DNA of 64,000 nt from the NCBI GenBank assembly GCA_034520565.1, contig JAXHNL010000001.1, positions 64,001-128,000 on the forward strand, given 5' to 3'. Of this stretch, positions 1 through 9,932 are shown in pieces (position 1 is the stretch's first letter; every line of letters begins with the position of its first letter). Made by a program: the position numbers and the translations under genes. A model generated the notes under the pieces. It searched no databases and had not been told where the DNA came from. It saw nothing but the letters and a program-made list of their open reading frames with translations. The stretch is from Halodesulfurarchaeum sp. (lineage in GTDB: Archaea > Halobacteriota > Halobacteria > Halobacteriales > Halobacteriaceae).

Positions 1-33
1 CGAGTCGGCCTGGTACCACTCCTGTCCCTTCAC
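1..33 (-). CDS. N-terminal fragment of a probable class I SAM-dependent methyltransferase (runs off window start)
   Basis: GTG at 33 reads MKGQEWYQADS, an N-terminus I recall from a haloarchaeal methyltransferase family; only 11 codons visible. Confidence 0.5.
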   Translation of the reverse strand, partial: MKGQEWYQADS

Positions 34-249
34 GTCATCACAAACACGCCGGTCCGTAGTTAAAACCATACTGGAAACGATCGAACCGGTCCGCGATCCG
101 GGACGAAAGCGAGAGCTACCGACACCCGATCGGCCAGTCGCGATTCCACGATTCCGAGAATCGGGCCCCGAAACGGACCTAATATTGTTTAAGGAATATA
201 GTCACAAGTATAGATAACCTTTACCTTGCCCCATTTGTGAAGCATAGTC

Positions 250-516
250 ATGAGTACGACGGCCACCGGCCAATCACCGATCCAATCAAACGACGAGTTT
301 CGCGAGCGCCTCCGCGAACTCCCACCGAGTGCGAAACTAGTCGCCAAAGTCCTCGAAACCGAAGAGCCGCTTTCGCAGGGCCAACTCGCCGAAGAGAGCC
401 TTCTCCCGGACCGCACGGTACGCTACGCGCTCAATCGCCTGAGCGAGGCTTCCCTGGTCGATTCCCGGTACAGTTTCCGCGACGCGCGAAAGCAAGTGTA
501 CTACCTCGACGTCTGA
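250..516 (+). CDS. Winged-HTH (MarR/Lrs14-like) transcriptional regulator
   Basis: LPPSAKLVAKVLE..PLSQGQLAEESLLPDRTVRYALNRL..DARKQVY signature; AT-rich upstream region 181-225. Confidence 0.85.
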   Translation: MSTTATGQSPIQSNDEFRERLRELPPSAKLVAKVLETEEPLSQGQLAEESLLPDRTVRYALNRLSEASLVDSRYSFRDARKQVYYLDV

Positions 517-566
517 GTCGAGGGCTGCTTCTGTAGCCTTTTGGCCGTCGGCCACGTCCATCTGCC

Positions 567-1226
567 ATGGACCGCCTCGAAGCCGCTCTCACGTGGGCGC
601 GATCGATCAATCCCGAAGCGATCGCCGCGGACCTCCAGGAGATCGGCTTCGAGTGCACCCGCTGTGGACAGTGCTGTCGGGGAACCGAGGACGAGCCGCA
701 CACTGCGACCGTGTTCCCGGACGAGATCCGTGAAATCCACGAGGCGACCGACCACTCGTGGGACGAAATCGCCCGCCCGATGCCCTTCGGCCTCGACGAG
801 GACGGGGGCGAGACGTTCGAATGGGCGCTCCAGACCGACGCGGATCGCCAGTGCACGTTTCTCGAGACAGTCGACGGACACACCAGCTGTTCGATCTACG
901 ACTCCCGCCCATTGCTCTGTCGGACCTATCCGTTCAGTCTGGCTCTTCCAGGCACCGGCATCGCCGAATCGGCGGCCGTGGAATCGGCCGGTCGGGTCCG
1001 GGCCTCCGAGTGCCCGGGATTGGGTGCCGAAATGAGCCAGGAGCGGGCCCTCGCTCTCGCCAACACGCTTCGGGAACGGGCGATCCGGGAGATCCAGGAG
1101 ACGATCGCGCTCCGGGAACACTACGCCCCGCAAGCCGAGGCCGACTCGATCGTCGTTCACGACTCCGAGGGCCCGAAGCGGCCCGACGGCCGACCGTTCG
1201 ACGAATCTCCGGGTAACAACTACTAA
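567..1226 (+). CDS. YkgJ-family cysteine-cluster (putative Fe-S/Zn) protein
   Basis: FECTRCGQCC, C.FL, CSIYDSRPLLCRTYPF, ECPGLG motifs. Confidence 0.85.
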   Translation: MDRLEAALTWARSINPEAIAADLQEIGFECTRCGQCCRGTEDEPHTATVFPDEIREIHEATDHSWDEIARPMPFGLDEDGGETFEWALQTDADRQCTFLETVDGHTSCSIYDSRPLLCRTYPFSLALPGTGIAESAAVESAGRVRASECPGLGAEMSQERALALANTLRERAIREIQETIALREHYAPQAEADSIVVHDSEGPKRPDGRPFDESPGNNY

Positions 1227-1261
1227 TACCGGGCCGGTATCACGTCCACTCGGACACATCC

Positions 1262-1666
1262 ATGGAAATCTCTGAGCAACTCCTCTGTCTGTTCAACGGG
1301 GAAGTCACCGAAACCGACGATGGCTACGTCGTCGAGATCCCCGATCGCGAGGTCGAAAACGGTACGATCGACCCCGAGACGATCTATCGCGTCGCGATCA
1401 TTGCCCGCGGGGACGGCCCCGCCGAACCGGCCGAAACGGGCGAAACCACCGTTCCCTCCGAGCCCCAGCCACCCGTCGAGGTCGGGGAGATACGCTACGT
1501 CGAAATCGAGGACATCGGGAAGCAGGGTGACGGTATCGCCCGTGTCGAACGCGGCTACGTCATCATCGTTCCAGGGGCGGAGATGGGCGAGCGCGTGAAA
1601 GTCGAAATCAGCGAGGTGAAGTCGAACTTCGCCGTCGGCGAGGTCATCGAAGAGGAGTTCGAGTAA
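1262..1666 (+). CDS. TRAM-domain protein
   Basis: C-terminal PPVEVGE..VEIEDIGKQGDGIARVERGYVIIVPG..VKVEISEVKSNFAVGEV. Confidence 0.9.
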   Translation: MEISEQLLCLFNGEVTETDDGYVVEIPDREVENGTIDPETIYRVAIIARGDGPAEPAETGETTVPSEPQPPVEVGEIRYVEIEDIGKQGDGIARVERGYVIIVPGAEMGERVKVEISEVKSNFAVGEVIEEEFE

Positions 1667-1671
1667 CCGGC

Positions 1672-3396
1672 TCACCGAAGTACGGTTCGAGTAGCCGGCT
1701 CACCGAAGTACGGCGCGAGTGTTTCTGCGGCAGGAGCGGCGTCGAGGGAGTCGTAGGGTCGACCGACGAGTATGTCACCGGCGGTCGAGGTGCCGATGCC
1801 GGGAATGGCCGTCAGTTCGTCCATGGTGGCCTCGGCAAGCGAGAGCGGATAGGGCACCGCCGTGACCGATCGCGGCCCGTGATCGACCACGATCGTGTCG
1901 AGATGAGTTCCGAGCGGATGCTCGCCAGGAATCCCGACGAGGAGTGGGTACGTGCCGGCCTGTCGCCCGAACGTGTGCTCGCCCTCGTGGTACTCCGTCC
2001 GCACGTCCGGCAGCACCGTCCCCGGCGGGGCGACCCGGCGAAGCATCGGAACGTCGATCTCCTCCCGGACGGCGGCCCGGTAGGATTTGAACTGCTTCTT
2101 GTGGGCCTTCGCGAGGGCAGCGCCCGTCGACTCCATCTCCGTGCCTTCGAAGGCCATCACCTGTCGAATGTTGATCCGTCGGACCATCAGCCCCGCCTCG
2201 AGGACGGAATCGAGGAATTCGCGGTTGTGCTCGAAGGTCTCCTCGCGCTCGCCGGCCAACCCGTGGACGAAGTTGAGCCCCGGGAGCAGCGTCGGGAGCC
2301 GCGTGGGAATCTCCGGATCGGTCGACGGGGCAACGGACTGGTCCTCGCCCGGCCGCCACCCGCCGACCTCGTTGACGATCCGGACGGCCTCCAGGGCCTC
2401 CTCGGGGGTGACGAGGAGATCGTTCGCTTCCTGCACCACCGGATCGGCGCTCTCGACCCCGAAGGCAGCCGTGTCCCCGGGCGTGTTGTATTTCGCGATG
2501 ATCGAGAGGGCTGCCCGGGAACGATCGGGGTAGTTCACGATCGTCACCGGGTTCATGTTGTCCATGTGGAGGGTGTCGAGGGCCGGCGCGACCTCCCGAA
2601 TCCCCGAATAGAGTGCCTCCAGTGCCTCGGGGTTGGGACGCTCGCCGTCACCCCCATACGCGAGAATGTCGGCCTGCCGGCCGAGCCGGAAGTGCGAGAC
2701 TCCCCAATCGGCGAGCGCCCCCACCTCCGCGTGGATCGCCGACGGCTCGCGGAAGGTCGGATCGCCGTACATCGGTTCGGTGCAGAACGAACACCGGAAC
2801 GCACAGCCCCTGGCGGTCTCGATTTCGGCAATGAGCCCGTCGGGGTGGTCGGGGTGCTGTTCCACGACGAAGGCCCCCTGTTTGGCCCAGCGATCCGCTT
2901 CGGCGAGGTCGCGGTAGCGATCATTGAAACCCTCGAGGCCGTTCTGTACGAGATCGTAGACGCCCGCTTCCACGTCGGCCATGGCCAGGAAGTCGAAGTC
3001 GAGGTCCTCCCGCGACGTTTCGGTTCCGCCCTCGTTCGTGCCGCCGACGCCGAAGCGAACCGGGCCGCCCATCACGCTCGTTCCCTTGGCCGTCCAGGCT
3101 AGCTTTCGGGCCTCGTCCGGTTCGGCTGGCGTGCCACCGACGTAACTCCCGGGAACGGTCATCCCGCCGAGGTAGACCAGTAGATCGGCCGATTCGACCT
3201 CCCGCCACCGGGAGCGGTCCTCGCGCAACCCGTCGATCGTGTGATATGTAATCGCTTCGCGTGGGACCCCAGCGTCCCGGAGCGCACCGGCCGTGTACCG
3301 GGGATAGGTCGAAACGTACGGCGGAACCCCGAAGTGGGCCGGTTCGTCGACGTAGCCGTCGACGAGAACCACCGAGAGCGCGCCGGGATCAGTCAT
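1672..3396 (-). CDS. Radical SAM protein with C-terminal TRAM-like and helix-hairpin-helix regions
   Basis: EIETARGCAFRCSFCTEP (CxxxCxxC); DGYVDEPAHFGVPPY N-terminus; ELTAIPGIG HhH motif. Confidence 0.9.
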   Translation of the reverse strand: MTDPGALSVVLVDGYVDEPAHFGVPPYVSTYPRYTAGALRDAGVPREAITYHTIDGLREDRSRWREVESADLLVYLGGMTVPGSYVGGTPAEPDEARKLAWTAKGTSVMGGPVRFGVGGTNEGGTETSREDLDFDFLAMADVEAGVYDLVQNGLEGFNDRYRDLAEADRWAKQGAFVVEQHPDHPDGLIAEIETARGCAFRCSFCTEPMYGDPTFREPSAIHAEVGALADWGVSHFRLGRQADILAYGGDGERPNPEALEALYSGIREVAPALDTLHMDNMNPVTIVNYPDRSRAALSIIAKYNTPGDTAAFGVESADPVVQEANDLLVTPEEALEAVRIVNEVGGWRPGEDQSVAPSTDPEIPTRLPTLLPGLNFVHGLAGEREETFEHNREFLDSVLEAGLMVRRINIRQVMAFEGTEMESTGAALAKAHKKQFKSYRAAVREEIDVPMLRRVAPPGTVLPDVRTEYHEGEHTFGRQAGTYPLLVGIPGEHPLGTHLDTIVVDHGPRSVTAVPYPLSLAEATMDELTAIPGIGTSTAGDILVGRPYDSLDAAPAAETLAPYFGEPATRTVLR

Positions 3397-3501
3397 CGAC
3401 TCCGTTTACCGTCCGACCGGGAAAAGGACACCGGGCCCGGCCCACGGAGGGGTCTCGGGCCGGCCCACGGGGCTTAAACCCACCCGCGACGAAAGGCGGC
3501 T

Positions 3502-3660
3502 ATGCCACCGACGAAGGAGTTCAAGTGCACGAATCCCGATTGCGAACTCGACATGTTCGAGGCCCACTACACCTATGACATGCCCGAGGACACGGGTGTC
3601 GAAGACTTCGCCTGCCCGTACTGTGGGCAGACAGACACGCTGGAAGACATCACTGTCTAA
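3502..3660 (+). CDS. Small CPxCG-type zinc-finger protein (52 aa), not in ORF track
   Basis: MPPTKEFKCTNPDCELDMFEAHYTYDMPEDTGVEDFACPYCGQTDTLEDITV; TATA-like CTTAAA about 25 nt upstream. Confidence 0.8.
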   Translation: MPPTKEFKCTNPDCELDMFEAHYTYDMPEDTGVEDFACPYCGQTDTLEDITV

Positions 3661-4262
3661 TCGCCGATCCCTTCCCCGCCGATCAACTCGCCCAGCGACT
3701 GGGCCGGCGGTTCCGGCGTTTCCCACTCGGTCCCGACCGTGAGCAACTGGACCAGCATTCTGGCCGTCGCGCCCCAGATCGTGTAGTCCCCGACCCGAAA
3801 GTGATGGCATGGCACGGTTCCGTATTCCGGGTGTTCCCGGGGCTCAAAGGTGTGGTTCTCCGGGTCGGTGAGTGCAGCCACCGGCAGCGGAACCACCTCT
3901 GCGACCTCGGCGTCTGTCGGTCGATAGTCGCGTTCGGGCACCCGGGCGACGAACGGCGAAACCGTGTAGCCGGTCACCGTCTCGATGTCGTCGAGCCGAC
4001 CGACCGGAGTGATCTCCTCCGGCAGTAGGCCGATCTCCTCGCCGGACTCGCGAACCGCCGTCGCTTGACGGTCCCCGTCCTTCGGTTCGTACCCCCCGCC
4101 CGGGAATCCCATTTCTCCGGGGTGTTCCAGGAGGTTCGCGGCCCGCTCGATAAAGACGAGTTCCGGATCGGCCCCGTCGATGACCGGGATAAGCACCGCA
4201 GCTTTCCGGGACGGGTCTGGAACGACCGTCGGATCGCGACCGGCGACCGGGCCGAGGTCCAT
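3657..4262 (-). CDS. Nudix hydrolase (CoA pyrophosphatase-like)
   Basis: AAVLIP..HPGEMGFPGG..TAVRESGEEIGL Nudix box, IWGATA; start trimmed to MDLGPV. Confidence 0.9.
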   Translation of the reverse strand: MDLGPVAGRDPTVVPDPSRKAAVLIPVIDGADPELVFIERAANLLEHPGEMGFPGGGYEPKDGDRQATAVRESGEEIGLLPEEITPVGRLDDIETVTGYTVSPFVARVPERDYRPTDAEVAEVVPLPVAALTDPENHTFEPREHPEYGTVPCHHFRVGDYTIWGATARMLVQLLTVGTEWETPEPPAQSLGELIGGEGIGD

Positions 4263-4285
4263 ACGCCCAGTTCGCACACAGGAAC

Positions 4286-4750
4286 TTAGGTTTCCTGCTC
4301 CGCGAGATCCGCGAGTCGCTCGCGAACGTCCCCGAGATCGATGCCGGCCCAGGCCTCCGCGTCGTAGGTCACGTCGATGAGATCGTGGGCCCGGTCCGGA
4401 TCCTCGATCGTCGCCGTTTTGGCGGCGAGCCGGTTCCTGAGCCCCGTTTCGAGTGTCTCCTCGGGCACGGTTCGGGGATCGACATCGAGGACATGTGGGA
4501 GGTCCCCCGCGGACTCCGGCACCTCGGGGAACGCGCGGGGGCCGGGGACGACGAGGGGGTCCCCGTCCAGTTCCACTTTCAGCAGGGAAAAATCGGCCTG
4601 GGCCTGGTCGATCCACTCCTCGATCGTCTCCTCGTCGAGATCGACTCCGGCACGAAAGGCCGTCTCCCGGATCGCCCGGCGCATCTCCGGCGGCGAGAGC
4701 GCGCCGAACTGGTCGACGATCCCCGCGAGTTGGTCCCCTGAAAGCTCCAT
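4286..4750 (-). CDS. Conserved haloarchaeal hypothetical protein
   Basis: Acidic ORF MELSGDQLAGIVDQFGAL..GPRAFPEVPE..DLPHVLDV..YDAEAW. Confidence 0.75.
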   Translation of the reverse strand: MELSGDQLAGIVDQFGALSPPEMRRAIRETAFRAGVDLDEETIEEWIDQAQADFSLLKVELDGDPLVVPGPRAFPEVPESAGDLPHVLDVDPRTVPEETLETGLRNRLAAKTATIEDPDRAHDLIDVTYDAEAWAGIDLGDVRERLADLAEQET

Positions 4751-4776
4751 ACGGCGTCCCTGAACCCGCCCGGCCA

Positions 4777-5979
4777 TCACTGTGTCCCTTTGGGGAGCCG
4801 GTGTGTCGCGTACAGCACGAAGAGAACGAAGAACACACCGACCAGCACGATCGAAAACGTCCGGTAGACCTGATCGAAGGCGAACCCGGCCTCCACGAGC
4901 ATGCCGACGACCAGACTCGCGCTCGCCTGGATGACCATCATCGAGGCGCTGTAGGCCGAATAGGCACTCGAGCGGTCGGCATCGGGGAGGGCGGTGAGGA
5001 GGTACGTATCGATGACCGGCAAGAGGCTATGAAACACCAGTCCCATCACGATCGTGACGAGTGCGATCCCAAGCAGGCCGTCGACGACCGTCATCACGAC
5101 CAAGGAGACGACGAAGAAGCCGATGATTCCCAACATAAGTGGAACACGCGGCAGTCGGTCCGCGAGTTGGCCACCGTAGAAGAAGGCCGGAAGTCCGGCC
5201 GCGAAAATGAGCGTCAGCATCGTCCCGGCCATCCCGGGAGAAAGGGACTTCGTCGTGATGAGATACCGCACGAAGAAGTTGAAAAAGCCGTTCCAGACGA
5301 AGCCCGTGGCCCCGATGACCGCGACTGCGGTCACGACGATGGGCCAGTGAGCCCGCACCGAGCGCAAGAGATGTTGCTCACCCCGGCCCACGTCCGGGAG
5401 TTCGGTCCGGCGAGCGGTCACGACGAGCCACCCCGTTCCGGCCATCGCAGCAAGGGCCATGACCACGAAGAGCAGGCGCCAGTTGTAGAGGGCGATTGCG
5501 GCGCTCACCAGTAACGGTGCGACCACGGCGGCGGTTTGTCCGGCTGTCCCATGAATGCCGAGCACACGCCCGACCCGGTCGGGGAAGAGTTCGCTCACGA
5601 GCGGGTTCGCCGCGATGAAATAAATACCACTCGAGGTGCCGAGCAGGAACGCCCCGATCCCCACGTGCCAGACCGATTGGGCGAGGGCGGTGAACAGGGC
5701 GGCACCCGTCAGCAGGATCCCGGTGCCGAGAACGACCTGTTCCCGTTTGAACCGGGTAAGGAGATAGCCCGTCGGAAGTCGCGGAACGGCGCTTCCGAGC
5801 CAGGCGAGCGTGGCGATGAGCCCGACGGTCGCCTCGCCGGCGTCGAACACCCGGATGAACGGATCGAGCAGCGGCGCGAACACCACCCGAGCGAAGTTGA
5901 CCAGAAAGACCAGCACCAGAAGCGACGAGAAGACCTGCAAGCGGCGGCGCTCGACAGTGGGTGTTTCCGGGGGCTGCAC
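4777..5979 (-). CDS. MFS transporter
   Basis: About 12 hydrophobic segments; GYLLTRF and GQLADRL loop motifs. Confidence 0.9.
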   Translation of the reverse strand: MQPPETPTVERRRLQVFSSLLVLVFLVNFARVVFAPLLDPFIRVFDAGEATVGLIATLAWLGSAVPRLPTGYLLTRFKREQVVLGTGILLTGAALFTALAQSVWHVGIGAFLLGTSSGIYFIAANPLVSELFPDRVGRVLGIHGTAGQTAAVVAPLLVSAAIALYNWRLLFVVMALAAMAGTGWLVVTARRTELPDVGRGEQHLLRSVRAHWPIVVTAVAVIGATGFVWNGFFNFFVRYLITTKSLSPGMAGTMLTLIFAAGLPAFFYGGQLADRLPRVPLMLGIIGFFVVSLVVMTVVDGLLGIALVTIVMGLVFHSLLPVIDTYLLTALPDADRSSAYSAYSASMMVIQASASLVVGMLVEAGFAFDQVYRTFSIVLVGVFFVLFVLYATHRLPKGTQ

Positions 5980-6081
5980 GAGTCCGATTTCGCCGCGGCC
6001 CCAATCAAGGTTTCCGATTCGGAGGCCGGTTGATCTCCAGTGTTCCAGGCGACATCCAGTGGGCGGCCCCGAGCCACCTGC

Positions 6082-6552
6082 TTATCGGTCGACAGCGACC
6101 CGAAGCCTGGCGTATTCCCGAAGCGGGAGTGGTCGGTCACCGTCGATTTTGGCCCGGAGTTCGCCAGCATCGCCAAATCCGTACGCCGCCGCGAGCGACT
6201 CGGCGTCGATGGGGCCCCGACTCATCTGGACGAGCAGGTGGTCCCTGCACCGTGCCCGGACCTCGGACGGCGAAAACGTCGATTCCGTCGCGAGAATCGT
6301 CGCCGCCATCCCCAACGTGAGTCCATCGTCACGGCCGGGAGTCCCGGCCGTGGCTCCCGAGACGATCGCCTCGAGTCGCTGCCGGTTGATCCCCGTCCGA
6401 CCGGCGACGATCGCGAGATCCTGAGACGTCAGGACGGTTCCCAATACACCGAGCAGGTTCGCATAAGTCCGCCCGACTGTCCCGCCTTCGGTCACGTCCG
6501 CAGACGGCAAAACGGCTTCGTCCAAAAAGCGCGCAAGCGGCGGCCGATTCAC
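6082..6552 (-). CDS. Hypothetical HTH-like protein (DUF5791-like); start uncertain
   Basis: RDHLLVQMS..IDAESLA..ELRAKIDGDRPLPLREYARL; directly follows the pilus cluster. Confidence 0.6.
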   Translation of the reverse strand: MNRPPLARFLDEAVLPSADVTEGGTVGRTYANLLGVLGTVLTSQDLAIVAGRTGINRQRLEAIVSGATAGTPGRDDGLTLGMAATILATESTFSPSEVRARCRDHLLVQMSRGPIDAESLAAAYGFGDAGELRAKIDGDRPLPLREYARLRVAVDR

Positions 6553-6558
6553 GAGCTC

Positions 6559-9432
6559 TCACCACGCGGGGGACTCCTCGCTCCGTTGGCCGTCCACGTC
6601 GCCGACGCCGGTTCCGCCGGGCGGCACCACGATGACGACCCCCGTCCGGGCGTCGAGACTGAGTTCCCGGTTGGTCCCGAGGCGTTCGGAATCGCCGTCA
6701 CCGTCCACATCCGCGGTGACCGTCCGCTCCTCCCTGACGTACTCGACGGTTCCGTTCGAAGAGGTTCCGGGGGCGACTCGGTAGGCCCGGACTGCAAACC
6801 GGTCGTAGGAGCCCTCGACTGCCACCGTCCAGGCGTTCGCCGTCGCGTACCACGACCCAGGGACGGGAAGGAGCGGCAGCCCGGCCGGCAATTTCGTGGC
6901 CGTCGCCCCCGTCGCCGCGTTCCACGCCTGCTTCCCGACTTCGGCCCCAGCGGCCTTGGTCGACTCCTCGACGAGCGACGAATCCGACGACGTCGACACC
7001 TTTCGGGCCCGTTCGACGAGCGACTCGGACACCTGAACCGAAGTTTCCGACTGGGCGTCGGTCCCGGCGACGCGGAGTGCCACTTCGAGGCGGTCGTGTT
7101 CCCGCTCCGAGAGGCTGTTCGGGAGCTCTGCAGCGATCGCCCGGGCCATTCGGCCGTCCGTGACCGCCAGGCCCCTGGCGGCGACGGAATCCCACCGCTC
7201 GACCGTCGACTCGACCAGTCGATGGGCCTCGCGAGTGCCCATCGATCCAGCGAGTGCCTCCACGTACTGGTCGGTGGCCGAATCGACCGCGTCGGCCACG
7301 TCCCGGCGAAGCGTACTCCGGGCTCGACGGTCGCCCGCTCCCGACGCGTCGACGGCAGCGAGTGTCTGGGCGGCGGTTCTGAGCGACACCGTCGCCTGAC
7401 TTCCCTCGCCGATCCGCTCGCTAACTGCATCGGCTGCATCACCGTAGGGAATCGTGAAGAGGTTCACGTTCCGCGCGGAAAGCCGGGGCTCGCTCTCGCC
7501 CGGCGGATCGACGGAGAGGTAGGCCGGTCCGCCGTCGACGGTTGCCACGTACGTGTCCGTGCTCGGAGTCGACCGTTCGGGGGGACTGCTTGGAACCATG
7601 TGTGAGGCGAGCTGGTCGGCGAAGGCGTTCTGCGCCTTCTGGACGACCGGCGTCTTGGATTCGAGGCGACGCTGGACCCGGTCGAGATAGGTCACCCGCG
7701 CGGCCGCGACCGCGCGATCCGCAGCGCTCCCGTACCGGGACGGTGTCCCGAGCAGTTCCGCCCGATCGTCCCCGATCGCCCCGGCCAGTTCCGCTGCCGG
7801 ATTGGTCGAACTCGCCACCGACCGGGTTTCGAGGGAGACGGAGATATCACGAACGTCCCGCCGCAGGTCGGCCGTCCGTCGCTGTGCCCTTCGCACCGCC
7901 GATTCGGGTGGCGAGATGTCCACCCGTCTCCAGCTCGTATCACCGCTCCCGGTGACGGCATCGATCGCGCGGTTTTCGAGCGCGGAGCCGGAGAGCAGTC
8001 GATTCGTCCCGGCGCTCACGATTCGATCGCGGGCGACCGGGCCGAACGGGCACCGCTTGTCGGGTCGATCAGGGGCGATCCCCGGATCTCGATACCGGCA
8101 GGTGAGATCCAGCCCCACCCGATAGGTCGTCCACTCGAATGTCTTGGTCGTCCCCCAGGTGCCGTTCCCCGCCCAGTAGTGGGTCCTCACGGTTTTCTCG
8201 ATCACCCGGCCCGTATACGTGCGGAGCGTCGATCCCGCGCCATCGGCGAACGAGCCATCGTCGAGCCACCGATCGGTGCGGGAGCTCGTGAAGATCCTCG
8301 AGGAGTTCTCCGGTGGCGAGCCAGAACTGTCCCGTTCAGTTTTCCGTGCGGTGGCCCGACCCTCGACCCGAACGTCCGCCCGATAGACCGCATCGACGGT
8401 CGCGTCGAGACCCCGACCGGACTGCCCCTCGACGAAATCGAGATACGCCGAATCCGCCGTGTGATTCGCGTCGACGGACTGTTCGGTGTCCACGACGCTC
8501 GGAAGGGGTACCTCGGGCGCAGCGTCGGGTTCGCCCGCCCCTTTCGGCTCCGACTGTGGCGCGCTCAAGTGCGATTTTACGGTTTCCTCGGCCCCGAGGA
8601 AGGCGTCTCGGGCAGCCACGTCCGCGGAGGCGATTCTGGTGGCCCGCCTCCCGGCCGGGTCCTCGGTCCCGAACACGGCCGCCTGCTGGGCGAGAACGGC
8701 GTCGTTGGTCATCACTTCGACGTGTCGATTGGCGAGGACGTTGGTAATCGGGGCACCACCGTACTGTGCGTACCCTCGCATCCAGACGATCGGAAAGAGC
8801 CGCGCCGTGAGATCGCGGGTGAGCCCGGGATCAGCGAGGCCGGCGTTGAGCCGCGACTCGAAGCGGTTGGTCCGCTCGTGCAATTCAAGCGAGGGAAGTT
8901 CGGTCGTAATCGTGGCGTTGTACCGGAACCGATCGATTGGACGCTCGTGCCGGGTCACCGTGACATGGAGTCCCTCGATTCGAACCCGGTATAACTCCCC
9001 ATTGACCTGGGTGATGGTGACGTTCTGCAGCGCCCGGTTCGCCGATTCCCGTTCGTGGATCGGGGGAAGTGACACCGAGGCTTTGAGGCTCTCCCGGCTC
9101 GCATTCGTGCCGTTCACTGCGCGACGGGCCGCCCCCGCGATCCGGAGTTCGAGGGCCCGTTCGAACGTTTTCGAGTTGGGCAAGACCGCCCCGAGCCCAC
9201 TCTCGCTCGGTTCGAGAACCGGTTCAGCTGCCGCCTTTCGATCCGCCTCGCGGATCGCAGCCTCGAGTGCCAGGCGGGTCTCGACCTGGGCGTCGGTGAC
9301 GACCTCGTCAGCAGCTGGCGCGGTCGCCGGCGGTGGGGCAAGCGAGATCGCGTACAGCGAACTCGAGAGCAGCAAAATCGCCCCGAGGAAGGCGAAGGGA
9401 ATTCGACCTCGTCGGTCGCTATCGAAGTTCAC
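6559..9432 (-). CDS. Large (~957 aa) pilin-like/secreted protein of the type IV pilus locus
   Basis: GTG overlapping upstream stop (GTGA); MNFDSDRRG|RIPFAFLGAILLL class III-like signal; PAGLPLLPVPGSWYATAN, VVPPGGTGVGDVDG. Confidence 0.8.
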   Translation of the reverse strand: MNFDSDRRGRIPFAFLGAILLLSSSLYAISLAPPPATAPAADEVVTDAQVETRLALEAAIREADRKAAAEPVLEPSESGLGAVLPNSKTFERALELRIAGAARRAVNGTNASRESLKASVSLPPIHERESANRALQNVTITQVNGELYRVRIEGLHVTVTRHERPIDRFRYNATITTELPSLELHERTNRFESRLNAGLADPGLTRDLTARLFPIVWMRGYAQYGGAPITNVLANRHVEVMTNDAVLAQQAAVFGTEDPAGRRATRIASADVAARDAFLGAEETVKSHLSAPQSEPKGAGEPDAAPEVPLPSVVDTEQSVDANHTADSAYLDFVEGQSGRGLDATVDAVYRADVRVEGRATARKTERDSSGSPPENSSRIFTSSRTDRWLDDGSFADGAGSTLRTYTGRVIEKTVRTHYWAGNGTWGTTKTFEWTTYRVGLDLTCRYRDPGIAPDRPDKRCPFGPVARDRIVSAGTNRLLSGSALENRAIDAVTGSGDTSWRRVDISPPESAVRRAQRRTADLRRDVRDISVSLETRSVASSTNPAAELAGAIGDDRAELLGTPSRYGSAADRAVAAARVTYLDRVQRRLESKTPVVQKAQNAFADQLASHMVPSSPPERSTPSTDTYVATVDGGPAYLSVDPPGESEPRLSARNVNLFTIPYGDAADAVSERIGEGSQATVSLRTAAQTLAAVDASGAGDRRARSTLRRDVADAVDSATDQYVEALAGSMGTREAHRLVESTVERWDSVAARGLAVTDGRMARAIAAELPNSLSEREHDRLEVALRVAGTDAQSETSVQVSESLVERARKVSTSSDSSLVEESTKAAGAEVGKQAWNAATGATATKLPAGLPLLPVPGSWYATANAWTVAVEGSYDRFAVRAYRVAPGTSSNGTVEYVREERTVTADVDGDGDSERLGTNRELSLDARTGVVIVVPPGGTGVGDVDGQRSEESPAW

Positions 9433-9932
9433 GGCGACCACCGCCGAAGCACCACAATCGGGTCACAGGCGTGCTGGCTCTCCCCATCTGAAGGTGGCTG
9501 GGGGACCTCGTAAACAGTCGCCCGAATGGGCCGATCGTTCGGTGGGCTTTGACCAGCAACGAGCGGTTCGACCGATTCCGTTCCCCGACAGACGCCGACG
9601 AGTTGGAGGTGAGCATTGTGAGTCTGGACGTGGTCGGTAATCGCTTTCCGAGTAGCGCGGCGGTAGGCTCGTTCGTGAACGGTGAGATCGCCCTGGCCGG
9701 CGACGGCAGCGTCGGCCAGCAATCCGCCGACGGTCTTCCTGACGGTCCAGTCGCCGGCGTCGGTGCCGAATTCGACAGTGACAGAACTGCCAAGAATCGT
9801 CGCACGTGCGTCGTTCGGCGGCGCGTCGACGGGGGCTGGGGCAGCCGTCACGACGACGCCGGCGGCGAGTCCCACCATGAGCAATCCGAGGACCACGTCG
9901 ATGGGCGTGCTGATCCCCCGGTCGGCGGTCAT
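9429..9932 (-). CDS. Pilin-like protein with class III signal peptide
   Basis: MTADRG|ISTPIDVVLGLLMVGLAAG; 4-nt overlaps with both neighbours. Confidence 0.75.
   Translation of the reverse strand: MTADRGISTPIDVVLGLLMVGLAAGVVVTAAPAPVDAPPNDARATILGSSVTVEFGTDAGDWTVRKTVGGLLADAAVAGQGDLTVHERAYRRATRKAITDHVQTHNAHLQLVGVCRGTESVEPLVAGQSPPNDRPIRATVYEVPQPPSDGESQHACDPIVVLRRWSP

Noticed and set aside
3430-3472. Short direct repeat CGGCCCACGG in a divergent promoter
   Set aside because: Two 10-bp copies in GC-rich DNA are too weak to call an operator
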